From a virus (Duplodnaviria; Caudoviricetes), in IMG/VR virus record IMGVR_UViG_3300021255_001748, positions 1-64,000 of that record: 64,000 bases of DNA; one strand, 5' to 3'. The notes beneath the pieces are model-generated. The model ran no database searches and was not told where the DNA came from. It saw only the letters and a program-made list of their open reading frames with translations. Below, one piece after another: positions 24,130 to 33,598 of this stretch (within the stretch, counting starts at the first letter, position 1; each line of letters begins with the position of its first letter). A program made the translations under genes and the position numbers.

Positions 24130-26064
24130 ATGGACATAATTGATGTAATTTTAGGCGGCGGTTTTTCACCTCAAGGTTAGATTTCAACTTATGCAGCTCT
24201 CGCATAGCAAGCAGTTGCTGATGCAAATACTGCAGTAACAAATATTAATACAATTACAAATTAGACAAATGCTAATAATGCAGCTGCAGAAGAAGCATTA
24301 GATAATGCTAATGCAGCACTCGCAGCCGTTAATGAGGCATTAGAAAATATAACACAAAATATTGATATTACAACCATTCATAATGAAATTGATAAATTAG
24401 TATTAAGTGTTACTACATCAATGACTAATGGCTCAATTTCTAAAAATCTAGTAACTACTTATCCAGACAATAGTATTAATACATTACGTAACTTAATTAC
24501 AATGTATACTGATTCTGGCAATAGCACTAGTGGCACAATGACTCAAAAAGCTATTACGCAATATGTAGAAAGTGTACGGCAAGAATTATTAACTGCAATT
24601 AATAATAGTAGCGGAGGTGGCGGTTCTACTAATTTAGGACCAGAAAATGCTGGCAATATCGTTATTATTGGACCTGATGGAAATATAATTGCAGGCGATG
24701 CTACTGAAGCTGATATTATTGAAGCTTTAATTAAATCAGGCATATATAATGTTGAAGGCGTTGTAGGCATGGAATTAGACTATGAAAATAAAGTTTATTC
24801 TCGTACACAAGATGGCAGAACACTATCTCCAGGCGCTGATTATAATCAATATCCAATGTATGGCGGCCGCAGACGTTGTAACGTAAATGATAATGGTGCA
24901 ATAACTGCATGGTATGGTGACTCTAATTATGCCGATGACGGTAGTAACGGCCAAGTTATGGTGTATCAGCCTAAATTTTATTATTAGAGAACACTTATTA
25001 ACAGTCAAAATAATCCTACTGGTGGAAAAGTTATAAAAAAAGAGTCACTAATTTTGAGTGATACTCAATTAAGTGGTTTTAAACTCCATCCTTTATTCAT
25101 TAATGAAGATGGTGAAGAAGTTGATTATGTATTACTTCCTGCATATGACGGATCAGTTTATGATGTTTCTGAAGGTCAATATTTAAATAACGATCAGGGT
25201 GGCATCGCTTTTGAAGTAGATAAATTAAGTTCAATTGCAGGTAGCAAACCAGCTAGTGGTATAAATAATATGTTTAATATAAGTAACGCTGAACAACTAG
25301 CACAGAATCGCGGTGAAGGCTGGCATATTACAAATATGAGAGCTGACAGTGCAAATCAAATGTTATTTATGGCTGAATATGGGTCTCCTAATGGCCAAGT
25401 TTCACTTGAATTAGGTATATGTTATATTGATGCAGTTGTGAATAAAAATTGCAGTAGTATTACTGGCTCTACGGCCTCTTTAGGCAATAACTCCGGTGCC
25501 GCAACATCAACTATTAATGAAATTAATGGTACATATACTACTTATTCAGAAGTTGGAAAACGAGCAATTAGTTATCGTGGTATGGAGAATCCTTGGGGCA
25601 ATATGTGGCATATGGTAGGTGGCACGCTATTATATGGCAATAAGAATTATCAAGGTGGAGTACCTTACATTTGTACTGATTATAATTATAATACCACATT
25701 AAGTGATAATTATGAAAGTATAGGATTCCAATTACCAGTATCTGAATCATATATTTCAGCATTTGGCTATGGAAATCCTAAATATGATTGGGTATATATG
25801 CCAATCGAATGTTCCTCTACAGCAAATAATATATTACCTATTGGCGATTGTTTATGGACTATTAATAATTTAGATGGTACACATATTATATTAAATGGCG
25901 GACATAATGCTTTTAAAGAAAAAGATGGTCTATTCTGCTATGCTGGCGATATTAATGGCACTCAATACGGTCGTTCTTATGGAGCAAAATTAATGTTTAT
26001 CCCAACAAAAAATAGTATTTATACTAATAACATTGCTTCTTGGCATGCACAAATAGGAGGTTGA
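24130..26064 (+). CDS. tail protein with C-terminal FGE-sulfatase/C-type-lectin-like fold (644 aa, code 15)
   Basis: GQVMVYQPKFYY(Q)R..GFKLHPLF..YRGMENPWGNMW. Confidence 0.7.
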
Positions 26065-26069
26065 TATTT

Positions 26070-26327
26070 ATGACAAATTATGGTTTAGTCAAAAGTAAAA
26101 CATTGCCTCCTTCTGTAGAAATTACACCAAATTATGTATACGTTGCTTCTAATATCCAATCTGTTGAAGAAGAAATAGATGAAAATGTAGAGACAATTTA
26201 TACATATAATTATGTAAGTTATACAAAAGATGAATATATTTCCACCATTACAGCCGAAAATGCTCGCGCCATTGATGAACTTAATGATGAACTCGCGGCC
26301 ACAAAGATACTATTGGGAGTTGATTGA
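26070..26327 (+). CDS. hypothetical tail-associated protein
   Basis: GGAGG RBS; YTKDEYI..coiled-coil end. Confidence 0.65.
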   Translation: MTNYGLVKSKTLPPSVEITPNYVYVASNIQSVEEEIDENVETIYTYNYVSYTKDEYISTITAENARAIDELNDELAATKILLGVD

Positions 26328-26328
26328 T

Positions 26329-26736
26329 ATGACATTATATGAATTAGCAATGAAATTACGCCCATATATTGAAAAAGCCGCTATATCTTTAAGTGATGAA
26401 GATGCTCTTGAAGCAAAAGAACTTTATCCTCAATGGTCTGAAAACAGTATAAATTATGTTCCAGATATGAGAGTGCGTTATGATGGAATACTTTATAAGG
26501 TATTACAAACTCACACTTCACAATCAGCTTGGACGCCTCCTGCTGCTCCAAGTTTGTTTGCAAAAGTTCTAATACCAGACCCCGATGTTATTCCTGACTG
26601 GGAACAACCTGATAGCACCAATGCTTATTCTATGGGCGATAAAGTACGCTTTAATGGAAAGGTATACGAAAGTCTTATTAATGGCAATGTTTGGTCACCC
26701 GCTGATTATCCAGCTGGATGGAAAGAAGTACCTTAA
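26329..26736 (+). CDS. CBM5/12 (chitin-binding-like) repeat protein
   Basis: RVRYDGILYKVLQTHTSQSAWTP..AYSMGDKVRFNGKVYES..WSPADYPAGW. Confidence 0.75.
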   Translation: MTLYELAMKLRPYIEKAAISLSDEDALEAKELYPQWSENSINYVPDMRVRYDGILYKVLQTHTSQSAWTPPAAPSLFAKVLIPDPDVIPDWEQPDSTNAYSMGDKVRFNGKVYESLINGNVWSPADYPAGWKEVP

Positions 26737-26739
26737 TAT

Positions 26740-26767
26740 TTGACTTTTTTAAAAAATAGTGTATAAT
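26740..26767 (+). promoter_or_regulatory. sigmaA-type promoter
   Basis: TTGACT-N16-TATAAT. Confidence 0.7.
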
Positions 26768-26851
26768 ATATATAGTAAATGAGGGAGAAATCCCTCATCT
26801 ACTATATAAAATGTGGGATAGGAACCACATAATATAAGGAGAGGAACTTGT

Positions 26852-27190
26852 ATGAAGATTTATTCTGAAAAGCTAAATAAGCTATTCGATACTGTAGAAG
26901 CCTGTGAAAAGGCAGAGTTCGAAGCCAAAGAGGCCGAGAATCGCGAAAAGATTCGTAAGGAGCGTGCTGAGGCAGAAGCCAAGGCAAAGAAGGAGAAGGA
27001 AGCCGCAGAGCGCAAGGCCGCTGCCGCTGAACTTGATGAAGCCCGCAAGGCAATGGTTGCAGCCCAGAAGCATTATGCAGAGCTACTTGACGATTTTATT
27101 AAGAAGTATAAGTCTTACCACTATACAACTAATTCAATTGCCGATATTCCGACTCTCTTTGAATCCCTAAATCTTTTTAATCTTCTATAA
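26852..27190 (+). CDS. coiled-coil hypothetical protein
   Basis: GAGAGG RBS; Ala/Glu/Lys-rich. Confidence 0.7.
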   Translation: MKIYSEKLNKLFDTVEACEKAEFEAKEAENREKIRKERAEAEAKAKKEKEAAERKAAAAELDEARKAMVAAQKHYAELLDDFIKKYKSYHYTTNSIADIPTLFESLNLFNLL

Positions 27191-27234
27191 TGTAGGTTGG
27201 CGGCCTTATAGGTTGAGCCGCAATCAACCTATGT

Positions 27235-27310
27235 GCGGTAGTAGCTCAGTTGGTAGAGCGCCACCTTGCCAAGGTGGATGCCGTGAGTCCGAATCTCATT
27301 TACCGCTCCA
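27235..27310 (+). tRNA. tRNA-Gly(GCC)
   Basis: cloverleaf; loop TTGCCAA; encoded CCA. Confidence 0.9.
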
Positions 27311-27648
27311 AGGTTTCTAGTCCTGGCCTGCCCGCGGCGAAAAGACTAGCGTTTATGTAACTGTCGATATCAGTGCCAGTGATGACGTTTGTGCTGAAAA
27401 GGGACTCCGGATTACCAAAGCGTCAGGTGATGTGAGCCAGCCTAGTACGAAATGGCACCATGGAGAACACGGCATGACAGAACCGCTCGGTTCATCTTCG
27501 ATATAGATGTAACGCCCACCGCGGCGTGACTCAAAATGGCGGCCGCCAGCGTCATTACGCGAATGACGAAGGCACTTACCTGTAATTTTGAACCTATATT
27601 TATACCCCAATATAAATTATACTAGTAAAAATTACAGGTATTTCTTTC

Positions 27649-27676
27649 TTGACAATTTTCAAAATTATGATATAAT
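27649..27676 (+). promoter_or_regulatory. sigmaA-type promoter
   Basis: TTGACA-N16-TATAAT. Confidence 0.7.
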
Positions 27677-27706
27677 ATAATTGTAGAAAGGGAGGAGATA
27701 GACATT

Positions 27707-27865
27707 ATGCCTGACTATCTTGATGATTTTGTAAGTGACCGTACCTGTGAGGAACAGTATGACGACGATTACCGCTATGATTACGATTTCCACGAGACTT
27801 GGTATGATGTGGAATCTGCTTTCTGCGAACAGATGGAAATTGAGCCGGAAGTTTACGAAGATTAA
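27707..27865 (+). CDS. small acidic hypothetical protein
   Basis: GGAGG RBS just downstream of a promoter. Confidence 0.55.
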   Translation: MPDYLDDFVSDRTCEEQYDDDYRYDYDFHETWYDVESAFCEQMEIEPEVYED

Positions 27866-27868
27866 CAA

Positions 27869-27896
27869 TTGACTTTTCTCAAAAATATAGTATAAT
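27869..27896 (+). promoter_or_regulatory. sigmaA-type promoter
   Basis: TTGACT-N16-TATAAT. Confidence 0.7.
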
Positions 27897-28006
27897 ATAT
27901 ATACAAGGTAAGGGAAAAGCCTTGATGAGTATCGGGTTCTGCGGCCGATTAATAAATACGTGGAGTAGTGGTTCAGGCGCTGGGATCGCCTTTAAAATCC
28001 CAATAT

Positions 28007-28079
28007 GACTTCGTAGCGTAGTGGTTATCGCGTCTGCCTGTCACGCAGAAGATCGCGGGTTCAATTCCCGCCGAAGTCG
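28007..28079 (+). tRNA. tRNA-Asp(GTC)
   Basis: cloverleaf; TCTGC-CTGTCAC-GCAGA. Confidence 0.9.
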
Positions 28080-28476
28080 TCATCGCTCCTTTGTACACAT
28101 TTCAGAGCGATTAATAAATAGTTAAATGGTACAAAACCGAGAGCAGTGACCGCCGGTATAAAAATTAGGCTCACCGCTATAGGAGAGATTGCTTAATGTG
28201 ATCCTCACTCCTTGCCCGAAAGCTAAACAAAGAAGTCTCACATTACCGAAGGCAGCTGAGCAACTGCGGGAACCACCTTTGGATAACAGGGAGGAAAACG
28301 TAATAGCGTGATGTCCTCGCCAGTGTAAAACTGGAAAACTCACGTGTCGCACAGGAGTGTTATCGCAACAAAAGGTGCCGGTGTTCCAGTGAAAGTCTGG
28401 ACGAGAACCAATAAAATGGCTCACAACGCGTTGGGGTTGTAGGTATATCCTCTCTGTGGAGAAAAACCTTCTATGA

Positions 28477-28548
28477 TGCGGGATAGATCAAAGGTAGATC
28501 AACACCCTCATAAGGTGAAGGTTATGGGTCCGAGTCCCATTCCCGCTA
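28477..28548 (+). tRNA. tRNA with CAT anticodon (Met, fMet or Ile2)
   Basis: loop CTCATAA; mismatched 1:72 pair. Confidence 0.8.
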
Positions 28549-29452
28549 TCAAAGCCTCAACCGACCGGCTTAGAATAGGTGGGTCGTGGATAAGCGCCGA
28601 ATCGTAATTGGTGCTAGGGCGAAAAGGTAGAAGGCACTGTCCGGGTTCGACTCCCGGCGTTGGAGGGTCGTGGTGTCAAAAACCCTGATGCACTTAGAGT
28701 CTAGCCTCGCTCAAAGGCGGCCACCGGAGAGCGCATACTGAGCCCATAACAGATAAGAGAGTGGGCAGTAGTCACGCTACTATAAAAAGGTGTAAGTTCC
28801 ATCTATGGAAAAGTATCGTAGGTGTCGGCAAGCAGGGCCAAACTGCTGCAACTCTGGTAGTCAGGCAGAGTATTAGAGCAATGACAGGACTTTATGTGTG
28901 AAACTAAGCTCTTCGGCATCCTCACCAAATTGAGGGGAGAAATCCAAAAAATGGGATGGAACACATACGCTGAGGAAAACTGCGTAACAAAAAGAGAAAG
29001 TAAGACGCTCAATAATGGTCTACAAGGTGCCCAAATGCTGTTATATGCTGAAGAAGGATTTGAGTCGGATCATAAGTAGCTAATATGATTAATTTCAGCA
29101 TATGAGAAGAATGGGTTAAATGGAATTTGAAGAACAGCCAATGCGCAAACTGTATGGCTTTGCATGTGCCAGATTGCTCGGCGCGTTAGAAAAGAAGAGC
29201 AAAGTAAGCACACGGGATGGAAGGAAACGAGCCACGTCCTTACCGGCCCTGAGTAGTTGCGACGAAATGGGCGGGAGAAGCAGAAGTAGTAACTGCACCC
29301 ACAAATAGGTGAAAAACGGGAAGGCAGGGAAATGGATTGGTAGTCCCGGTCAGCTCTTAGGGTAGCTCCCTAAACTGAAAAGGAAGCGGCATCATCAACC
29401 GCTCCCGTCACACAGTGTAGCCTACTCAGTTGCGGCTGAGTTATCAAACCGC
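28549..29452 (+). ncRNA. candidate large structured ncRNA (GOLLD-like in size and context)
   Basis: about 900 nt, GC-richer than coding DNA, between two tRNAs, no credible ORF, many short helices. Confidence 0.45.
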
Positions 29453-29458
29453 TAATAT

Positions 29459-29530
29459 GCCTCATGGGACGGTCAGTTAAGTCGCGTGCCCTTCAAGCAC
29501 GAGGGTCCGGAGCATCCCCGGAATGAGGTA
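29459..29530 (+). tRNA. tRNA-Glu(TTC), non-canonical
   Basis: CGTGC-CCTTCAA-GCACG (C33); T-loop AGCATCC. Confidence 0.75.
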
Positions 29531-29556
29531 CTTATTTTTATTATTTAGGTGATAGA

Positions 29557-31257
29557 ATGAGAGCAGCAGTTTATAGCGGAACTCGTAATATATATTAGGA
29601 TATGATGACAGCGGCTAAGTCATTATTAGAACATTCTAATGTTGAAAAAATATATTTTCTTATTGAAGATGATATTTTTCCATATGAATTGCCGCCAGAA
29701 ATTGAATGTATTAATGTCAGTAATTAGACTTATTTTCCTAAAAATGGGCCTAATTATAAAAACGTTTGTACATATATGGTTCTTTTACGAGCCGCTTATA
29801 CTAAAATTTTCCCGGAACTAGATTAGATATTATCAATTGATATGGATACGATTGTTAATGAAAACATATCTGATTTATGGGAATTAGATTTAACTGACTA
29901 TTATATTGCTGCTGTTGAAGAAGCTTAGTTGACAAAAGCCGAAGGTTCATATTTTAATATGGGCGTAGCAATGCTAAATCTTAAAAAAATACGTGAAGAC
30001 CATATGGATGATGTATTAATTGAGGCTTTAAATACTTATTGGTATAGATATAAAGAACAAGATTGCTTCAATGAATCTTTTAGAGGACATAGTTTGATTT
30101 TGCCTAATGATTATAATGTATGTATTTAGGCAAACGAGCCAAAGCATGAAAAAATTACCCATTTTGCTGGCATTTATAAAATGGATCTTTTTCCTCATTT
30201 TAATCACTATAAGAATCTTTCTTGGGATGATGTCAAATATAATTAGCCAGATAATATTACACTCGATATTATTATTCCAACCTATAAAAATAAAAATGCT
30301 TTACGACGCACATTGAATTCATTTGAGCTAAATAATTTAGTAAATGTTATTGTAGTTGATGATTGTTCTAATATGGATTACAGCGATATTTTAAATGAAT
30401 ATCCGTACATTCATTTTTATACATTACCAGAAAATAGCGGACCTGGTATAGCCCGCCAATATGGTATAGAACATAGTAATGGTACATATATCTGTTTTCT
30501 AGATAGCGGCGACTATTTCTATAACGATGGTATAAATACAATATTAACAGCAATATAGGAAAACACTTATATTAAATTATATACTTTTTCATATATTTAT
30601 GATGATAAAAACATTTTAATGGATAGAACAGACGATAAAACAATCGGCTCTGTATATAAACGTTCTTTTATCGAAATGTACAATATTCATTTTAGTAAAG
30701 AAGGCTCATATGCAAATGAAGATTATGGTTTTAGCCGCGCATGTAAAATAATTATTGATTTCTTAGAAGAAGAATGGCATTTTCATCCTATGACAAAACA
30801 TATTTATATGCCAACTTTTTATGAGCATATAGATAAAAATTCTCTTACTAAAAGTAATAACAACGAATTCTTTTATAAAAAATTACCTGCTGGTATTATC
30901 ATTAATGGTACTCACGCAATTAATATAGCTGAAAAAGCTAATGTTTCTGTACAATATATTATTAAAGAATTATGCCATATAATGGCTCAAGAATATTTTT
31001 TCTTTTTAAGTATTGTTCAAGAAAGGCCAGAATTAGCAGATGAAGTTTGGGAATTAATTCGTAACTTCTATTTTAACTATTATAGAACATATAGTAAATT
31101 TTCATATAATACATTAAAAATTTACTTTAAAGCTACTTCTTTACCAAAAATTTATGGTAGATCGAAATGTTGGCAGAAAAAAATCGCATTTAATATAGAT
31201 AGGTTTATTAAAGAATTAGAAACTGAATATTATACACCACTTAGATATTTGACTTAA
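29557..31257 (+). CDS. GT8-GT2 fused glycosyltransferase (566 aa, code 15)
   Basis: SIDMDTIVN..YFNMGVAMLNL..EQDCFN..ITHFAG (GT8); DIIIPTYKN..IVVDDCS..NSGPGIARQYG..FLDSGD (GT2). Confidence 0.85.
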
Positions 31258-31276
31258 ATCAAATTTATGATATAAT
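31249..31276 (+). promoter_or_regulatory. sigmaA-type promoter
   Basis: TTGACT-N16-TATAAT overlapping the glycosyltransferase stop. Confidence 0.7.
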
Positions 31277-31388
31277 ATATATGAAAAGAGGGTAAGTTTT
31301 GCGGAACTTACGGAGGATGAAAACCACTCCCGCCAAGATATTGGTAGTTAGCAAACACTTATGCGTAAGTAAAGGCAAATATCGTATT

Positions 31389-31459
31389 GGGAGATTCGCT
31401 AATCGGATTAGCACGCGGCTGTTAACCGCGCTAGAGAGGTTCAACTCCTCTATCTCCCG
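31389..31459 (+). tRNA. tRNA-Asn(GTT)
   Basis: CGCGG-CTGTTAA-CCGCG; T-arm AGAGG-TTCAACT-CCTCT. Confidence 0.85.
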
Positions 31460-31780
31460 CTCGTGCTTTGAGATCAAATGTGGCTTCAGCAGTATAAATA
31501 TGTAATGCCGATGTGAGATTATGATGTAAGCCTTTAGCTTTAAAGACTATTTAAGTGGTGAGGCATACTCCTAATTATGCCCTGGCTACCAAAGCAAGAA
31601 AAAATATTGGAACTCTTAACACGGATTTAGCACTTAAACTACCATCGGCACGAAAGCCGCCGCGAAAGCAATTAAGAATGCTTGGATTAACAAGTAGGCG
31701 GCTCAGTAGTGATATGTGGCATAGCGGAAAAGAGTATAAATGAAGCGAAGTAAAGTGCATTTTATAACAGGAGTGATACA

Positions 31781-32722
31781 ATGGGAGTTTATACAGCGAC
31801 GGATCTAAGGCAGATGTAGTCTCTGCCATTAGAGGCAAAAATTGTAAAAAGTCAAGAACGAATCAAAGAATATTACGATTACTTCAATGGAGAAGTATAT
31901 GTATCTTTTTCAGGCGGAAAGGATAGCACAGTTCTTCTACACTTAGTAAGAGAATTGTATCCAGATGTAAGAGCAATGTTCGTTGATACTGGACTTGAAT
32001 ATCCGGAAGTCAAAGAATTTGTAAAGTCACAAGAAAATGTTACTATTGTAAGACCATCAAGAACTTACAAACAAGTCATTGAGCGCTTTGGTTATCCAAT
32101 GATTAGTAAGATGACTGCTAACTGTATTGCGACCGCACGTCGTGATCCAAACTCTACTCGCGCCAAGTACTTAACAGGAGAAATCCCAACAAAAGCATTT
32201 GGATATGGTAATGGTAGATGGTGGCCTATGGTAACAGATGCTCCCTTTAAAACTAGCGGCTATTGCTGCGAAGTAATGAAGAAACAACCTGCTCATAAGT
32301 TCAATAAAGAAACTGGGCTAGTGCCTTTTATCGCTACGTTGGCTGATGAATCAGTTAATCGGCGGCTAAATTGGTATAAAGAAGGTTGTAATAGTTTTAA
32401 GGGCAAAGATTCACAAAGTAAGCCTTTATCATTTTGGACTGATTAGGACATATATCATTATCTAAAAGATAACAATATTCCATATTGTCCTTTATATGGT
32501 GATATTGTAGAGAATGAAAAAGGCGAACTAGTTACTACTGGTATTGAACGTACTGGTTGTATTTTCTGTGGATTTGGCGCCCATCTTGAAAAAGAACCTA
32601 ATCGTTTTCAACAGTTAAAGAAAACTCATCCAAAACTATGGGACTATTGTATGCGTCCTATTGAAGAAAATGGATTAGGAATGCGCGAAGTTTGTGAATT
32701 TATGAAAATTCCCATTGAGTGA
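31781..32722 (+). CDS. PAPS reductase family protein (313 aa, code 15)
   Basis: M(Q)SLPLEAK..VSFSGGKDSTVL..DTGLEYPE..CCEVMKK..RTGCIFCGFG. Confidence 0.85.
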
Positions 32723-32737
32723 GAAATCACTCTTTAT

Positions 32738-32812
32738 CGGGCATTAACTCAGTAGGTCTAGAGTGGCATCCTTATAAGTTGCTGGTCCTTGGTTCGAGTC
32801 CAAGATGCCCGA
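32738..32812 (+). tRNA. tRNA-Ile(TAT)
   Basis: cloverleaf; loop CTTATAA. Confidence 0.85.
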
Positions 32813-32821
32813 CTAATCAAA

Positions 32822-32945
32822 TATTTAGTGGCGGAATATGTAGACGCTTACGGGAGCAATAAGATTACTGCGTCAAAGCGAAATTACTTGTTCGCAGTGC
32901 TTGCACTAATGTAATTATGTTTGGTGAAAATCCAGACCTAAATAT
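32822..32945 (+). ncRNA. tRNA-like RNA (copy 1) with non-canonical central region
   Basis: acceptor TATTTAG/CTAAATA; Leu-type D-arm; 6-bp T-stem; no standard anticodon arm. Confidence 0.6.
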
Positions 32946-32974
32946 TTGACTTTTTCCCAAAATTCTGCTATAAT
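32946..32974 (+). promoter_or_regulatory. sigmaA-type promoter driving the 567-nt RNA
   Basis: TTGACT-N17-TATAAT. Confidence 0.75.
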
Positions 32975-33001
32975 ATATATGTAAACAAGGAAAGGAGATA
33001 T

Positions 33002-33568
33002 TAGGTTAGTAAATTTTGAACCAAGTGAAGATGTGCTAACCACACAGCTTGGGCTATCCGTATAGTAGCTGTCACTGCCCGAAGGATACTTTTGGTTAAA
33101 CAGCCGCCGAAACAGTAATGTTAGGTGATAAAGGAGAAACTCCAAATACTAAGGATAGGCGCTTGGGTGTTCGCAATCAAAAGCACTTTTCCTCTCGGCT
33201 ACATAATAGAAAGCTTGTTGAATAGACGAGCCGAATCCAGATAAGGCATTGGGGTGGTAGCCAGTGCAAACTCTGGAAATACCATAAGTAGCTATCGGCG
33301 TTGATGAAAGCCGGAAACGGCATATAAGAGAGGTTTATGGTGGGAGTAGGCCAAAGCGACGTACAAGTAATATTGAATAAGAATTATTGAATATTGCTGA
33401 ATGGTTTGGCTGAAACTTGAAGGTAGTCAATCCTTCCTACACTAGGCGAAAGCGGATCGAAGAAGCTATGGGGTCGCTACCTATGGCTCAGCCTTTGGTT
33501 CTGTAGTGGCTGAATATGATTGAAGAATGACTTGAGTACGGCGAAGGTCGCAATAGTTTACTAACCTA
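33002..33568 (+). ncRNA. large structured ncRNA, ROOL-like candidate
   Basis: 12-bp perfect terminal helix TAGGTTAGTAAA/TTTACTAACCTA; own promoter; no ORF; length and tRNA context fit ROOL. Confidence 0.6.
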
Positions 33569-33598
33569 ATATCTCCTATTTCTTTTTTGGAGGATAAT

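Noticed and set aside
6087-26064. Apparent pseudogenes or low coding density in the supplied ORF track
   Set aside because: The fragments share frames and are broken only by TAG at Gln positions, so this is recoding rather than decay.
24130-26064. Diversity-generating retroelement targeting the lectin-fold tail gene
   Set aside because: No reverse transcriptase and no template-repeat copy seen in the window.
28280-28430. RNase P RNA (GAGGAAAA... and ...AATGGCTCAC resemble its ends)
   Set aside because: The GAGGAAAGTCC P4 strand is absent and the span is too short; kept only as an unexplained structure.
32822-32945. Selenocysteine tRNA (13-bp acceptor-T stack; TCA near 32873)
   Set aside because: The fold is 7/6 rather than 8/5, the TCA is not in a proper stem-loop, and there are no sel genes.
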